Part shown: positions 28,180-39,100 of the stretch, one piece after another | Position numbering within the stretch: position 1 is the first letter of the stretch | Layout of the letters: every line of letters starts with the position of its first letter | DNA from: a virus | Taxonomy: Duplodnaviria; Caudoviricetes | Reading direction: 5' to 3' (one strand) | DNA: 58,474 nucleotides | IMG/VR virus record: IMGVR_UViG_3300032083_001532 | Span: 1 to 58,474 of that record | The notes under the pieces: generated by a model | Database searches by the model: none | What the model saw: the letters and a program-made list of their open reading frames with translations, nothing else | What the model was told of the DNA's origin: nothing | Made by a program: the position numbers and the translations under genes

Positions 28180-29856
28180 ATGATGGAATATCCCCTATCA
28201 CAAGAAGCACAAAAACTCGCATCGGCTGGCCGGTTCGGGGATACGATGCTTGTACACATGAACCCCGCCGAAGTGGCGGGGCTGGCATCGCTTCCCGGTG
28301 GCCTCACGATTAATCCTGATACAGGACAGCCGGAAGCGTTCCTTCAATTCCTGCTTCCTTTGCTTGGTAGCGTTGGAGCCACCGCCTTGGCCCCAACCCT
28401 TGGTATCACATCTGCACTTGGTACAGCGGCCCTTGGCGGTCTTGGGTCCGCAGTTGGTACAGTGGCTGGTGGCGGCAACCTTCAGCAGGGACTGTTGTCC
28501 GGCCTTCTTGGCTTCGGGCTTGGCGGTTTGGGCAATGGTGGCTTCAAGGGCCTGTTTGGCGGGGCTGACCCAACCATTACGCTGCCAAGCGGCGGGGCCG
28601 CAGATGCTATAACCTCAGCGACTGGTTCACTACCGGGCGCTACGCCATTAACCATTCCAGCAGGCTCCGTTCCTGCGCAGTCTGCTGGTGCCGCAGGCAT
28701 TACGGTTTCCCCAAGCGGGGCCATTACCCCTATCATTCCAACGCCACCGCCCACAGCACCGGGTCCATTTTCCAGCCTGAAAAACTTTGGCAAGGCGGCA
28801 ATCCAGATGGAGAATATAGCTCCGGCCCTGTATTCGGGTTCTCTCCCAAAAAGCGTGAAGAGCGTCGATGAAGAAGAATACGAAATGCCCCCGGCCAACT
28901 ATCCTCAGTTTATTCGTGAGGGCATGGCTCCGTCCACTCCGGGTGCCCCTGCCTTTGGCGGCGAAGAAATGCTAATCAGGGAAGTGCCAAATCCCATTTA
29001 CAGTGATGATCCGTATGATCGCTATCCAAAGAACCCGATTGCAATTAGCGGCTACCGGGGCTTTGAAGATGGCGGTGAAGTCCAGACCATTACGGCATAC
29101 GATCCGATGTCCTATATCAGCGATGTAGACATGAATGCTATTCCTTCTGTTGATGTCACGAGCATGTCAACGAATTCAATCGGCATTCCTACTGGTGAGA
29201 TTGGCAAGACCTACTCCTATGAACGGCAACCTGTGACCAGTTATGGTTTGGGTGGTCTGGGTCGCGGCATCACTCTTCCAGATGGGCAGCAGATTGATCT
29301 GAGAACACTCAATCCCTACACCGGTCATGCTGGTCGTGGCTTCTCCGGCTTTGAAGAAGGTGGCATGGTAAAGGACGACCCGGCATATAAAAATTATGCC
29401 GCTGGCGGTCAGGTTCCAGCAGATTATGCCGCTGGTGGTCAGGTTGCAGCAGATAATCAAGCCAACAAGATGATTGAGCAGGGTGCCGTTGCTGCCTTGA
29501 CGGGGCAGCACCCCGAACCAGAAAAGGCTCTTGCTCTCTACCAGCAAGCGTTTGGTCAAGAGGCTTTGCAGGGCCTAATGACGGCTGTCCGGCAGCAGAT
29601 GGAAGGCCGTCTTGTTGAGGGAGCAGGGGCGGGACAAGACGATGCAATTCCTGCTATGATAGACGGGCAAGAACCAGCCGCCCTTTCCAGCGGTGAGTTT
29701 GTGGTACCGGCTGATGTGGTGAGCCACCTTGGCGATGGTGACACTGGCGAAGGAGCAGACCGATTACAACAGATGATGGCACAAATCCGGCAGCAGAAGA
29801 CTGGCAAGAAGTCGCAGCCGAAGAAGATCGACCCGCAGCAAGTGATGCCGGGATAG
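28180..29856 (+). CDS. internal virion / DNA ejection protein
   Basis: GRFGDTMLVHMNP.EVAGL...LTINPDTG.PEAF, Gly-rich hydrophobic segment, [FY]..GG.V repeats, D.IPA.I...AALS.GEFVVPADVVSHLG.G. Confidence 0.7.
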   Translation: MMEYPLSQEAQKLASAGRFGDTMLVHMNPAEVAGLASLPGGLTINPDTGQPEAFLQFLLPLLGSVGATALAPTLGITSALGTAALGGLGSAVGTVAGGGNLQQGLLSGLLGFGLGGLGNGGFKGLFGGADPTITLPSGGAADAITSATGSLPGATPLTIPAGSVPAQSAGAAGITVSPSGAITPIIPTPPPTAPGPFSSLKNFGKAAIQMENIAPALYSGSLPKSVKSVDEEEYEMPPANYPQFIREGMAPSTPGAPAFGGEEMLIREVPNPIYSDDPYDRYPKNPIAISGYRGFEDGGEVQTITAYDPMSYISDVDMNAIPSVDVTSMSTNSIGIPTGEIGKTYSYERQPVTSYGLGGLGRGITLPDGQQIDLRTLNPYTGHAGRGFSGFEEGGMVKDDPAYKNYAAGGQVPADYAAGGQVAADNQANKMIEQGAVAALTGQHPEPEKALALYQQAFGQEALQGLMTAVRQQMEGRLVEGAGAGQDDAIPAMIDGQEPAALSSGEFVVPADVVSHLGDGDTGEGADRLQQMMAQIRQQKTGKKSQPKKIDPQQVMPG

Positions 29857-30272
29857 AAATCAGCGCAGTTCCTCCCGCTGAAATAAAAGCGGTTTGGGAT
29901 GTCGTTGAGCCAATGCTTGAAAAAGCAACACGGCGGTCTGGTGACCGCTATACCACAATGGATATCCTGCTTGATATTCTTGAGGACAAAGAGACCTTGT
30001 GGATCGCCTTTGAGGGACAGAAGATACTCGGGGCACTAACCACAGGCATCGTACCATACCCACACAGGCTCATGCTTGTAGGCCAGTTCCTTGGCGGTGA
30101 ACGCATTATGGACTGGCGAAAGCCCATGCTTGAGACCCTTGATAAATTCGCCAAGGATCAAGGGTGTACGGGGTTTGAAATGGCTGGACGGGAAGGCTTC
30201 TTGAAAGTCTTGGGGCCGTTCGGATGGCGCAAAAAATATACAGTTTTTGAAAAGGACTACCGCGATGGGTAA
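29853..30272 (+). CDS. GNAT-like (acetyltransferase-fold) phage protein
   Basis: LWIAF...GA.TT...YP..L...FLGG...W...L..FAK..GC...E..GR.G..KVL...GW; first ATG at 29913 but the frame extends to ATA 29853 overlapping the upstream stop. Confidence 0.6.
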   Translation: MEISAVPPAEIKAVWDVVEPMLEKATRRSGDRYTTMDILLDILEDKETLWIAFEGQKILGALTTGIVPYPHRLMLVGQFLGGERIMDWRKPMLETLDKFAKDQGCTGFEMAGREGFLKVLGPFGWRKKYTVFEKDYRDG

Positions 30273-31314
30273 GCCAAGCGCTCCAAGCGAGCAAAAATCA
30301 ACTGTCTACCAGAGTTCCCTTCCTGAATACGCAAGGCCGTATTACACACGGCTTATGCAGCGTGCGGAAAGCGAAACCCTGCAACCATATACCCGGTATC
30401 CCGGTGCCCGACTTGCTGGCTTTACACCTGATGAGCAGACCGGCTTTGATATGTCTCGGGCTTACGGGACGAGCGGAACCAGTGACCCATACAACTTGGC
30501 CATGGGATCGCTTGGTATGGCTCAGGGCGTGGCTGGCGCAGAGACAGACTTTAATTACGCACCCGGTGCCATCCGTGGGGACTACGCCGCAGACATCAAC
30601 CGGTTCACCGATCCGGGGGTCGCCGGTAGTTATATGGACCCTTACATCGGCAATGTGCTGGACGCACAGACGCGGGAGATTGCCCGTCAGGGAGACATAG
30701 GCAGGCAGCGCATCCAGAGCGATGCGGCACGAGCAGGTGCTTTTGGTGGTTATCGTCAGGCCATAGAAGAAAGCGAACTGCAACGGAACACAGACCGCCT
30801 GATGGCGGACACGCGGGCCAAAGGATACTCGGCGGCTTATGACCGGGCTGCTGATGCTTTCATGGCTGACGAACAGCGAAGAGAAGCTTCACGCCAATTT
30901 GGGGCGCAGTATGGCCAGCTTGCAGACCTTGAAGGTGGCAAGCTTGGCCTGTCTGCTGCGATTGACAGCGCCCGAACAAGGCTTGGTGCAGGCGAGATGT
31001 ATGGCAATGTGGCGCAGTCAGCTACCGGGCTGGCGCAGCTTTATGATGCCATTGAACGTGGCAAGATTGATCAAATCCTTGGCACAGGATACCAGCAGCG
31101 ACAGCTTGGCCAGTCTGCTCTGGATATTGCAAATCAAGATTTCGTCAACCAGCGTGACTACGAGCGTCAGAACATTGCGTTCCTGTCAGGCATTCTTCAT
31201 GGCGTTCCGGTTAATCCTCAGTCGGAAGTCATTACCGAAACCGCCGCGCCATCCGGCTTGTCCCAGATGCTTGGGGCAGGCATCGGCAGCGTTGGCCTAG
31301 CCGGGTTATCCTAA
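30265..31314 (+). CDS. internal virion / ejection protein
   Basis: LPEYARPY, PY..Y.G.RLAGF, YMDPY..NV, A.RAGAFGGYR, G.QQ..L.Q..LD; GAAAAGGA RBS. Confidence 0.7.
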   Translation: MGKPSAPSEQKSTVYQSSLPEYARPYYTRLMQRAESETLQPYTRYPGARLAGFTPDEQTGFDMSRAYGTSGTSDPYNLAMGSLGMAQGVAGAETDFNYAPGAIRGDYAADINRFTDPGVAGSYMDPYIGNVLDAQTREIARQGDIGRQRIQSDAARAGAFGGYRQAIEESELQRNTDRLMADTRAKGYSAAYDRAADAFMADEQRREASRQFGAQYGQLADLEGGKLGLSAAIDSARTRLGAGEMYGNVAQSATGLAQLYDAIERGKIDQILGTGYQQRQLGQSALDIANQDFVNQRDYERQNIAFLSGILHGVPVNPQSEVITETAAPSGLSQMLGAGIGSVGLAGLS

Positions 31315-33134
31315 TGCAGAACATTGTCCAGCTACAAAAATCGCTTGAGAACTACAGTGATGAAGACCTGATGCGGGAAGCACAGGCACCATCTGGTCGG
31401 GTTCCCCAATACCTGACGATCACTGAATTGAAGCGCCGTAAAGACTTGCGCGACAGCTATGCCGGTGAAGTGGCCGCACGTCAGGCACCAAAGGAAACTG
31501 TGGCTGATCGCTATTTGGCTGATGCGACACAAGGACTGAACCGTCAACAGGGTATTATGGGCCTGAACGGAAAGTCTACTTCTTCCCCGGTGCCGACAGA
31601 CTATGCCGGTGGGCAGGTCACCGCCAACAGGGGGTATGCCGATGGCGGTCTTGTTTCTCAGGAATACGCCAGCCGTCAAGGCCGCTTCCCGATACAGACA
31701 AGGCGTCCTTCTGATTTTGCTCTGTGGTGGCAAGGCGTGCAGCAACAGCTTGGCGAGGATTGGGATGACCTTTCCTATGAAGTCTCTCGCGCTTCAGGCG
31801 ATGTTGGGGATGCCGTCAGTGGCGCTGTTGGCCCTCGTCTCCAGAATGCTCAGGACTATATGTCTGCAACAGCTGATTATATGCAGAACAATCCAGCTAT
31901 TTCTGACCCCAACGGTCTTTCTCTGGAGAATGTTCCGGGCAACTTGGAGCGCATAAAAGGCGGGTTCAGGGAGGGCCTTCCGCAGGGGATCGCAGAGCTT
32001 TTTGGCCCCGCTTACAATGCTGCATATGATGTCGTCAAGCCTGCCGTTGGGTATTTCGGTGAAGGGGTTTATGATGTTGGCAAGTGGGCTACTGGTACAA
32101 AAGATGTTCTTCCAGAGAACTTTGTTTACAACAGTGAGGCCGGTGAGTTCTTCCCGGTATCCCCGGAGGAAAAGGCAGCAAGAGAAGTTGAAAGCTTCCG
32201 CGATGAAATTAGGGGTGCCCCCATTGGGGCCGACACCTATACTGGCGGAACCCCCACCCTGTCAGCAGAGGCTGCTGCTGCCCGGAACAGGGCCGTTGAA
32301 GCCGCCGATCTCAGGAATGCCGCTGCGGCTACTGCCGAAGCCAATAAAAAGTCTGTCGTTGAAACAGCAACCCGCCCAGCGAAGGTTGGCGTCGAACAGT
32401 CTGCCGCAGTTGCTGCGGCCAATGACCACCTGAGTGAATATGACAAGCTGGCAAAGCGCGTTGAGGAGCGCATGGCCAAGCTTGATCAAAATCAAGGGCT
32501 GGCTTCTTTTAGTCAGGGTATTCCCGACAACAAGTATGCCAAGAACATGGCGCTTCTTGCTGCTGGTGCCGCCATGATGGGTGGTCGCTCTCCCAATGCT
32601 GGGGTCAATATCGGCGAAGGTATCGCTGCCGGTCTTGGCACGTATGGAAACATCCGTAACCAGTCCCAGACACAACGCGCAGAAGCCGCCAAGCTTGGCC
32701 TTGCCGCAGATCAAGCTGCTCTTGGAGGTCTTGGTGGCTTGGCTAAAGATCGCGCATCCATGTGGGCATCCGAACAGTCAAGGGCAAACAGCCAAACATC
32801 AATCTTGCAGATTGCCAATGCCTATATGCAGCGGGGCGTCCCGTTCCAGCAGGCAATGAGCAGGGCCGTCAACGATGTCCAGCAGTCGTCTATGTATGCA
32901 ACATCAGCAAGGCAGGGCAATTATCTTCGAGCCGCCCTTGCGGACGACACGAGATACATGTTGGCACAAATAAATAAAGATGCGCAGGGTATGTTAGATA
33001 TTGAAAACGAGTATAGAGAACAGCTTGATATGCCCTTGCGTGGCGCTGCCCCCGCCAGCCCAACAGGCGGCGGTGCAGGGTCAAGGAGCACGGTTGTAGA
33101 AGAGTTTGATATTAGCGACACAGCACCACGGTAA
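31314..33134 (+). CDS. internal virion / ejection protein
   Basis: PSG.VPQYL...EL.RR N-terminus, YADGGLV, AL..AGAAMM.G.SP.A..NIGEG. Confidence 0.7.
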   Translation: MQNIVQLQKSLENYSDEDLMREAQAPSGRVPQYLTITELKRRKDLRDSYAGEVAARQAPKETVADRYLADATQGLNRQQGIMGLNGKSTSSPVPTDYAGGQVTANRGYADGGLVSQEYASRQGRFPIQTRRPSDFALWWQGVQQQLGEDWDDLSYEVSRASGDVGDAVSGAVGPRLQNAQDYMSATADYMQNNPAISDPNGLSLENVPGNLERIKGGFREGLPQGIAELFGPAYNAAYDVVKPAVGYFGEGVYDVGKWATGTKDVLPENFVYNSEAGEFFPVSPEEKAAREVESFRDEIRGAPIGADTYTGGTPTLSAEAAAARNRAVEAADLRNAAAATAEANKKSVVETATRPAKVGVEQSAAVAAANDHLSEYDKLAKRVEERMAKLDQNQGLASFSQGIPDNKYAKNMALLAAGAAMMGGRSPNAGVNIGEGIAAGLGTYGNIRNQSQTQRAEAAKLGLAADQAALGGLGGLAKDRASMWASEQSRANSQTSILQIANAYMQRGVPFQQAMSRAVNDVQQSSMYATSARQGNYLRAALADDTRYMLAQINKDAQGMLDIENEYREQLDMPLRGAAPASPTGGGAGSRSTVVEEFDISDTAPR

Positions 33135-33138
33135 AATC

Positions 33139-36100
33139 ATGGCAAATGTTATTCGGGTAAACGCACCCGACAAGTCTTACGACTTCAAGATTGCTGGCGA
33201 TAAGCCAACCGAAGAAGAATATCAGCGAATGGACGCGTTCCTTATGGACCGCTACCCGGACTATCAAGGCCGTCCACCAGAGCCTGATCTTCTTGACTAT
33301 CCCGGTGAGTTCTTTACCGCCATCGGGCGTGGTGCGCTTGATATGGGGGCGACCACACTCAGGGGCATGGGTGCCGAAGAGTTGTCAGATGATTTGCGTG
33401 AGTTCACAGCGAAGAACCTTGCACGCGACCCTTCCTTTGAAGACAGCACAGCAATCACCCTTGGCGAAGGCTTAGGCTCAACCATCCCGTTCCTTGCCAC
33501 AGCTACGGCACCCGGTCGTCTTGCTAAGGTTGGCCTTGGTTTTGGCCTTGGTGGCTTTGCTGGTTCCGGTGAACAAGCTGAACGCATTGAAGCCTATGAA
33601 GAGCGTACTGGCGAAGACGTTCCCAAGTGGAAGGAGTATCTTTCCCGCAGTCTCGGTTTTGGTGTGGGCCTTACAGAAATGCTCCCGCCCTTCCGCATCC
33701 TTAAAGGCATTCCCAGAAACATTCCTAACAGCGCCAAAGAATTTGTTGGCCAATCCATTATGGATGTCATTAAGGGCGGTGGTGAAGAAGGCTTGCAGGA
33801 AGCAGCATCTGGCCTTTTGCAGGACTTCATTGAAGCCGGGATTTATAATCCTGACCTTAATGTTGGCGAAAGCATGTGGGAAGAGTTCACCTTGGGTGCC
33901 GGTGTTGGTGGCATTCTTACCGGCGCAGTTAATACCTATGCCCTTCCGGGCCGCATCCGCAAAGCACGACAGCAGGAACGCGACCTGCGTGCGGGCGAGC
34001 AGAAAGAGCAAGAAAAAGTTCAGGTTCTTACCGAAGCTCAAATCGACGCAGCAAACGCTCCCAACGTATTGCAACCCGACATGCAGATGCAGCCTAATGA
34101 AAGCCCCGGTGACTTTGCTCGTCGCCAGATGGAGGCCGAGTATGGGCCAGCACCCAAAAACGTGCCGAATGTGCAATACAACCCCTTGCAGCGTCAGGAT
34201 GGTTTCTGGGAGATATTGAACGATAATGGCGTGGCCATGGGCGCTCCCGCCCGCACAGAGGCCGAGGCAAAAGAACGAATTGATGTCTATTCACAATTTG
34301 CTTATCAAGCCCGCGTTGCCGAGGAATTGGCGAACGTAACAGGTGGTGCCGACAGCACTACTGGCCAGCCCACAACGGCAACTGCCGGGGACATTCACCA
34401 GATGCTTGATGAAAAGAACATCAAGTGGGATGAAGACCCGGACTTCATGGCCTTCACCAAGACCATCACCGGCAAAGAAAGACTTGATGATCTAACCTCT
34501 TATGAACTTGGCAACCTGAAAAACACGTTGGCACCCCTGCCAACCCAGCCCTCACTGCGCTCCTTTGGCGATGTGCAGAATGATTTCCGCCAGAACAGCG
34601 AAGGTACTGATGGCGATGCCGCCAAGTATTCCCTCCCCGACATAGACCCGGCTACTGTTCAACCCGGTCAGACCGTTACCTTGTTTGATCCCATGGGAAC
34701 CCCGGTTGATGTTCAGGCCGAGGCCGTCAGTGAGGCGGGCAGCATTATCTATACGCACCCGGAGACGGGCGAGAGCAATATTGCTGACGCTTCTGAGTTT
34801 GGAACGAAAGACCCGACATCCCCGCTTTTTGTTATTGAAAGTATGCCCAAGAAGCCAGAGGTTCGGGAAATCCCCGATAACACATTGGCTTGGTTGGACC
34901 GTCGTCTTTCTGAAAAAATTGACGCTCACCTTAATGCTGACCGTGATGCAGTTTCTAGCGAGATTTTTCATTTTATGCGTCAGCAGAATGCAGTTCGCGC
35001 AGAGAAGAGCAGGCGCGAGACAAGTGCTGACAGCATCGAAGCACGGTCCATGAACGAACAGGCGCGATCAACAGAGCGCGTTCCCCCAACTGTAGAAGAC
35101 ACAGAAAATGCCGTGGAGAGGTCCGCTGACACCAACAGCGAACAGATGGATCAGCGGCACCCGGAAAAGAAGGATGAGCCTAGCGGACCTGCTGTGCCCG
35201 AAGAAGCCCAGCGTGAGGTCGAGGGTATTCCTGCGCCTGATGAAAAGGATGCGGTGCCACCCGAACAACGCAAGCGACAGAAAATGAAAAAGGGCAAGCC
35301 TGCAAAGAACGCAGGCAAGCAAACGCCTGAACCCGTTGAAGTTCCAGAACCAGAAGTGCGGCCCGAACAAGAGGTCGCCACACCCATGGTTCGGTTCAAT
35401 GAAGACTTCGAGGCTGATACGGTTAAGCTGGAAAAGGAATTCCAAGAAAAGCTCAACAAGCTTGGAGCTTCCAGCGTTATGGTGCGGCTGGCCAAGACTT
35501 TGTTCACTAACAAGTCCGGCACCCGTGGAGCGCATGGCGTCTTCGCCAACAAACTAATCGGTCTGTCGCTTGGTCACACTGATCCCAACGCTTCTTATGA
35601 CAAGAAGATGGAAGCACTCACGCCTCACTTCTATCATGAATATACCCATTGGCTTCGGACCAACGACAAGTTCAAGCCCAGTGAGTGGCGTGGTTTGGTT
35701 GCTTACTCCAAGCGCAACAAGATGCCCGGTCAAAACCTGTCTATCTATGAGGCGGCTCGCAAGGTTTACACGGACGGGGGCACGGACCTGCGTAGAGACA
35801 GCAAGGCGCGTGACAGGGTTGAAGAAGAGGCTGTTGCTAAAATCTTTGAACTTGCAACAGCGGGCACCATTAAACTTAATGGCGGGCCAAAGGCGCAACA
35901 CAAAGAGGTTATGGGTTTCATTGAGAAACTTGGAGACACCCTTCGTGGCCGCAATCGAAATAGTGTCCAGTCAATATTTGAGCGGTTCAACGCTGGTCAA
36001 ATTGCTGCTCGCCCTGACAAGATCAGGACATTCCAAGCGTTGCGCCGTCATGGATACCCGCCTATTTCAAAGCCGCCGAGCGATGCAGCAGACGAAGAGC

Positions 36101-39100
36101 GGCGTCGGGAGGAAGGTCGTGACGTAAAGACGGTCAGGGAAAGCAACCTGACCGACAAGGCCAAATACTCTTTTGACTACATGTTTGAGCCTGATGAGGC
36201 TCAACCCACCATGGCGTTCAGTGGTTCAGATGAAGACCTGAATGTTGATGAGCTACCAAGGGAACTTAACGGGTGGTCACTTGAAAAGATCGCCCCCGGA
36301 GACAAGGAATGGGCCGCGTATGAAGACACGCCCATTATGAATGAGCCGCCATTGCCGGACCTTGATGGCAAAACATTGTCTACTGGCATGGTTATGATTG
36401 AGCCGGATGGTCGTGTGTGGATTACCGAGCCAACAAATCATTTTGGTGGATATGAACACACCTTCCCGAAGGGTGGTATGGCGGAGGGGCTAACCCTACA
36501 ACAAAACGCCCGCAAGGAAGTCTATGAGGAGACTGGTCTTCTTGCGCGTGCTGCTAGTTGGCTTGGTGATTATGAGGGTGATAAGTCAGTCACCCGTTAT
36601 TACATTGGGATGCGCCATTCAGGAAGTCCCTTGGATCATGGTTTGGAAACCCAATCCGTCAAGCTTGTGGACTTCAAGGAGCTTGATAGCTTCCTGAACA
36701 AAAAGCGGGACAAAAATATCTCCGGGGATATTTTCAGCCTCATGAATTATGGCGATAGCACGCTCAACGCTACGTATAACAACTTCTATGGTAAAGACGT
36801 TAATACCTTCCAGCCATTTGACGAAACAATGGACGCTGGAGATTTGGAAGACCTCTTTAATAGCGCCCTTGGCGCAGTTACAAAAGACAGCGAGCCACAG
36901 AACACGGAACCTTCTGTAATTAACGCCCACCATAATGTTCTTGCTGATGGTGATCCCCTGACAGGGGCACCAACCAATATCTTTGAATATGAAATGTTTA
37001 ATCCCACGCAGCGCGGGTCAAACCTTGGCGCAACGTTCACAGACAGCCAAGGAAACAGGTTCTATATCAAGGCGTATGAGAACCCGGAACAGGCACGGCA
37101 AGAGGTTGTTGCGTCTCGCCTTTATCAGGCCGCAGGCATCCCCGCGCCCCGCGCCTTTCTTGTTTCAACACTTGATCCCAATACCGCTGACCCATTTGTA
37201 TTCCCCGGTGGCATGGCACCAAGCGAAACAGCCGTGGCAACCAGATGGGTAGAGGGCTATTCACAAAACTCGACTGTGTTACAGAACCAGACAGCTTCTC
37301 TTACCGATGTCCATGATGGATTTGTGGTGGATGCTTGGCTGGGGAACTGGGATGTGGTTGGTCTGGACTTTGACAACATGCTTGTCGGGGAAGAGGCCGG
37401 TGCCGTCATTCGCATCGACCAAGGCGGCACCCTACAATTCCGGGCGCAGGGTGGCAGCAAACCGTTCACCGATGAAGTTCTGGAACTGGACACCATGCGT
37501 GATCCACAGATGGCACCCCAAGCAACCCGAGTTTTTGAGGGTGTAACCGATGAAGATTTGCGTACTGGTGCGCAGCGGATCATGGCTATTCCTGACGATG
37601 TTATCTATGACATCGTAAACCAAGCGGGTGCCGACCCTTCTTTGGTCGATACCCTTATTGCCCGTAAAGCGTACATTGCTGACAAGGTTGGCGTTATCAA
37701 GAACAGCGGTGTTATTGTGCCAGACTTGGGGGCCAATGTTATTTCCTTTGGGGATTTGAAGGAAATCGGCATGGATTGGAAGGCTTCTCATCGAGAGGCT
37801 TTTGATGCTTGGGAGGGGAATATACAGGGTCCGGGCAACGCCCGCGCCATGGATGCGTGGATCAAAAATAACTCGGAAACATGGCAAGCGTCTTTAGATT
37901 TCATTCATTCCCGGCTTCGGAAGCTGGCTCCGAGTGGAAAAATCTTTTTGTTCCGTGATCCCGGTGGGTGGGGAAGTTACTCAGGCCCTGACAGGGCGGG
38001 AATGAATTGGCGGTTCAGCGAAGAACACCCATACATGTCCATGTCCATAAATCATAAATTTGGCAGCAGTGGCATCACTGGTCGCTTTGCAGCAACAGTT
38101 GATATTGAAGACACCATTGGCGTGACCGCAGGGGCATGGGCTGATGAGGCTGAAATAACCGTCAAGCGCAGCGGCATCGAGCAAACCCCTTTCGTTACCA
38201 TCCTGAACGGGGATTATGGTTCTGCTATAGTTAATCCACAGTCTGCAAAAGCGGCCCTTGCCGGGGCAGCAAAAACCGCGCAAGAAATTCCCGGCATAGC
38301 GTACCCAGTCTATGAGGGTGGCGCAAAATATGACCAGCCATCATTGGTTCATCAGGAAGAAACATATCAGTCTCACAGTGATTACGGGAGAAACTTCCAG
38401 CACTATACAGGCTCCATGCTCACAGCAAACTTTGGTGGTGCCGTCATGCAACGGGCCATCAATGATGTTGTTGCCGATGGGATCGCGGGAGCGCGGGCTG
38501 AAAACATGCCGTTCTTTATGGCTATGGAGCGTATCGCTGACAAAGACATTGACGCTTTTTATAAAGAACACGGTCGATTGCCAGACTTCGTTCGCCCCGG
38601 TGTAGATATCAGCCTTCGCCCTGCTCGTATTCAGGGCAAGAAGGGGATGAATGAACAAGCATCCCAAGGGGAGATGAACCGGACGCTTTCTAGGCTTCTT
38701 GCTGGCGCGGGGCGTGAAGTTGAGGTCGCCCTCTTTAATCAGAATGACGGCAGCAGCTTAAAGACAAATGCTGCACGCATTATGTGGACGCCTGAAACCC
38801 AGATGGAAGTGAAAAACCTTGCTAACGCAAAGTCCTTGGAAGAGTTCAGCGAAGAGGTTCAAAAGCGCCAGTACGAAATGCACCGTAAAATGAGTGGGCT
38901 TGTTCGCTCTATTGTTTCATCCAAGGTCACCGTACAAATACCTGCAAATATTACTGGAAAGCAAATCAGTGAGTTTTGGCGGATTGCTGAAGAGGTGGGC
39001 AGCGCCAAAGAAGATGTTAAGCAGGCAGATGAAGCGTTTCCTGTCGCCACTAAGAACAACCCGTTTACCTATCTGGAGCAACAGGTAGGTGACAAGCCTT

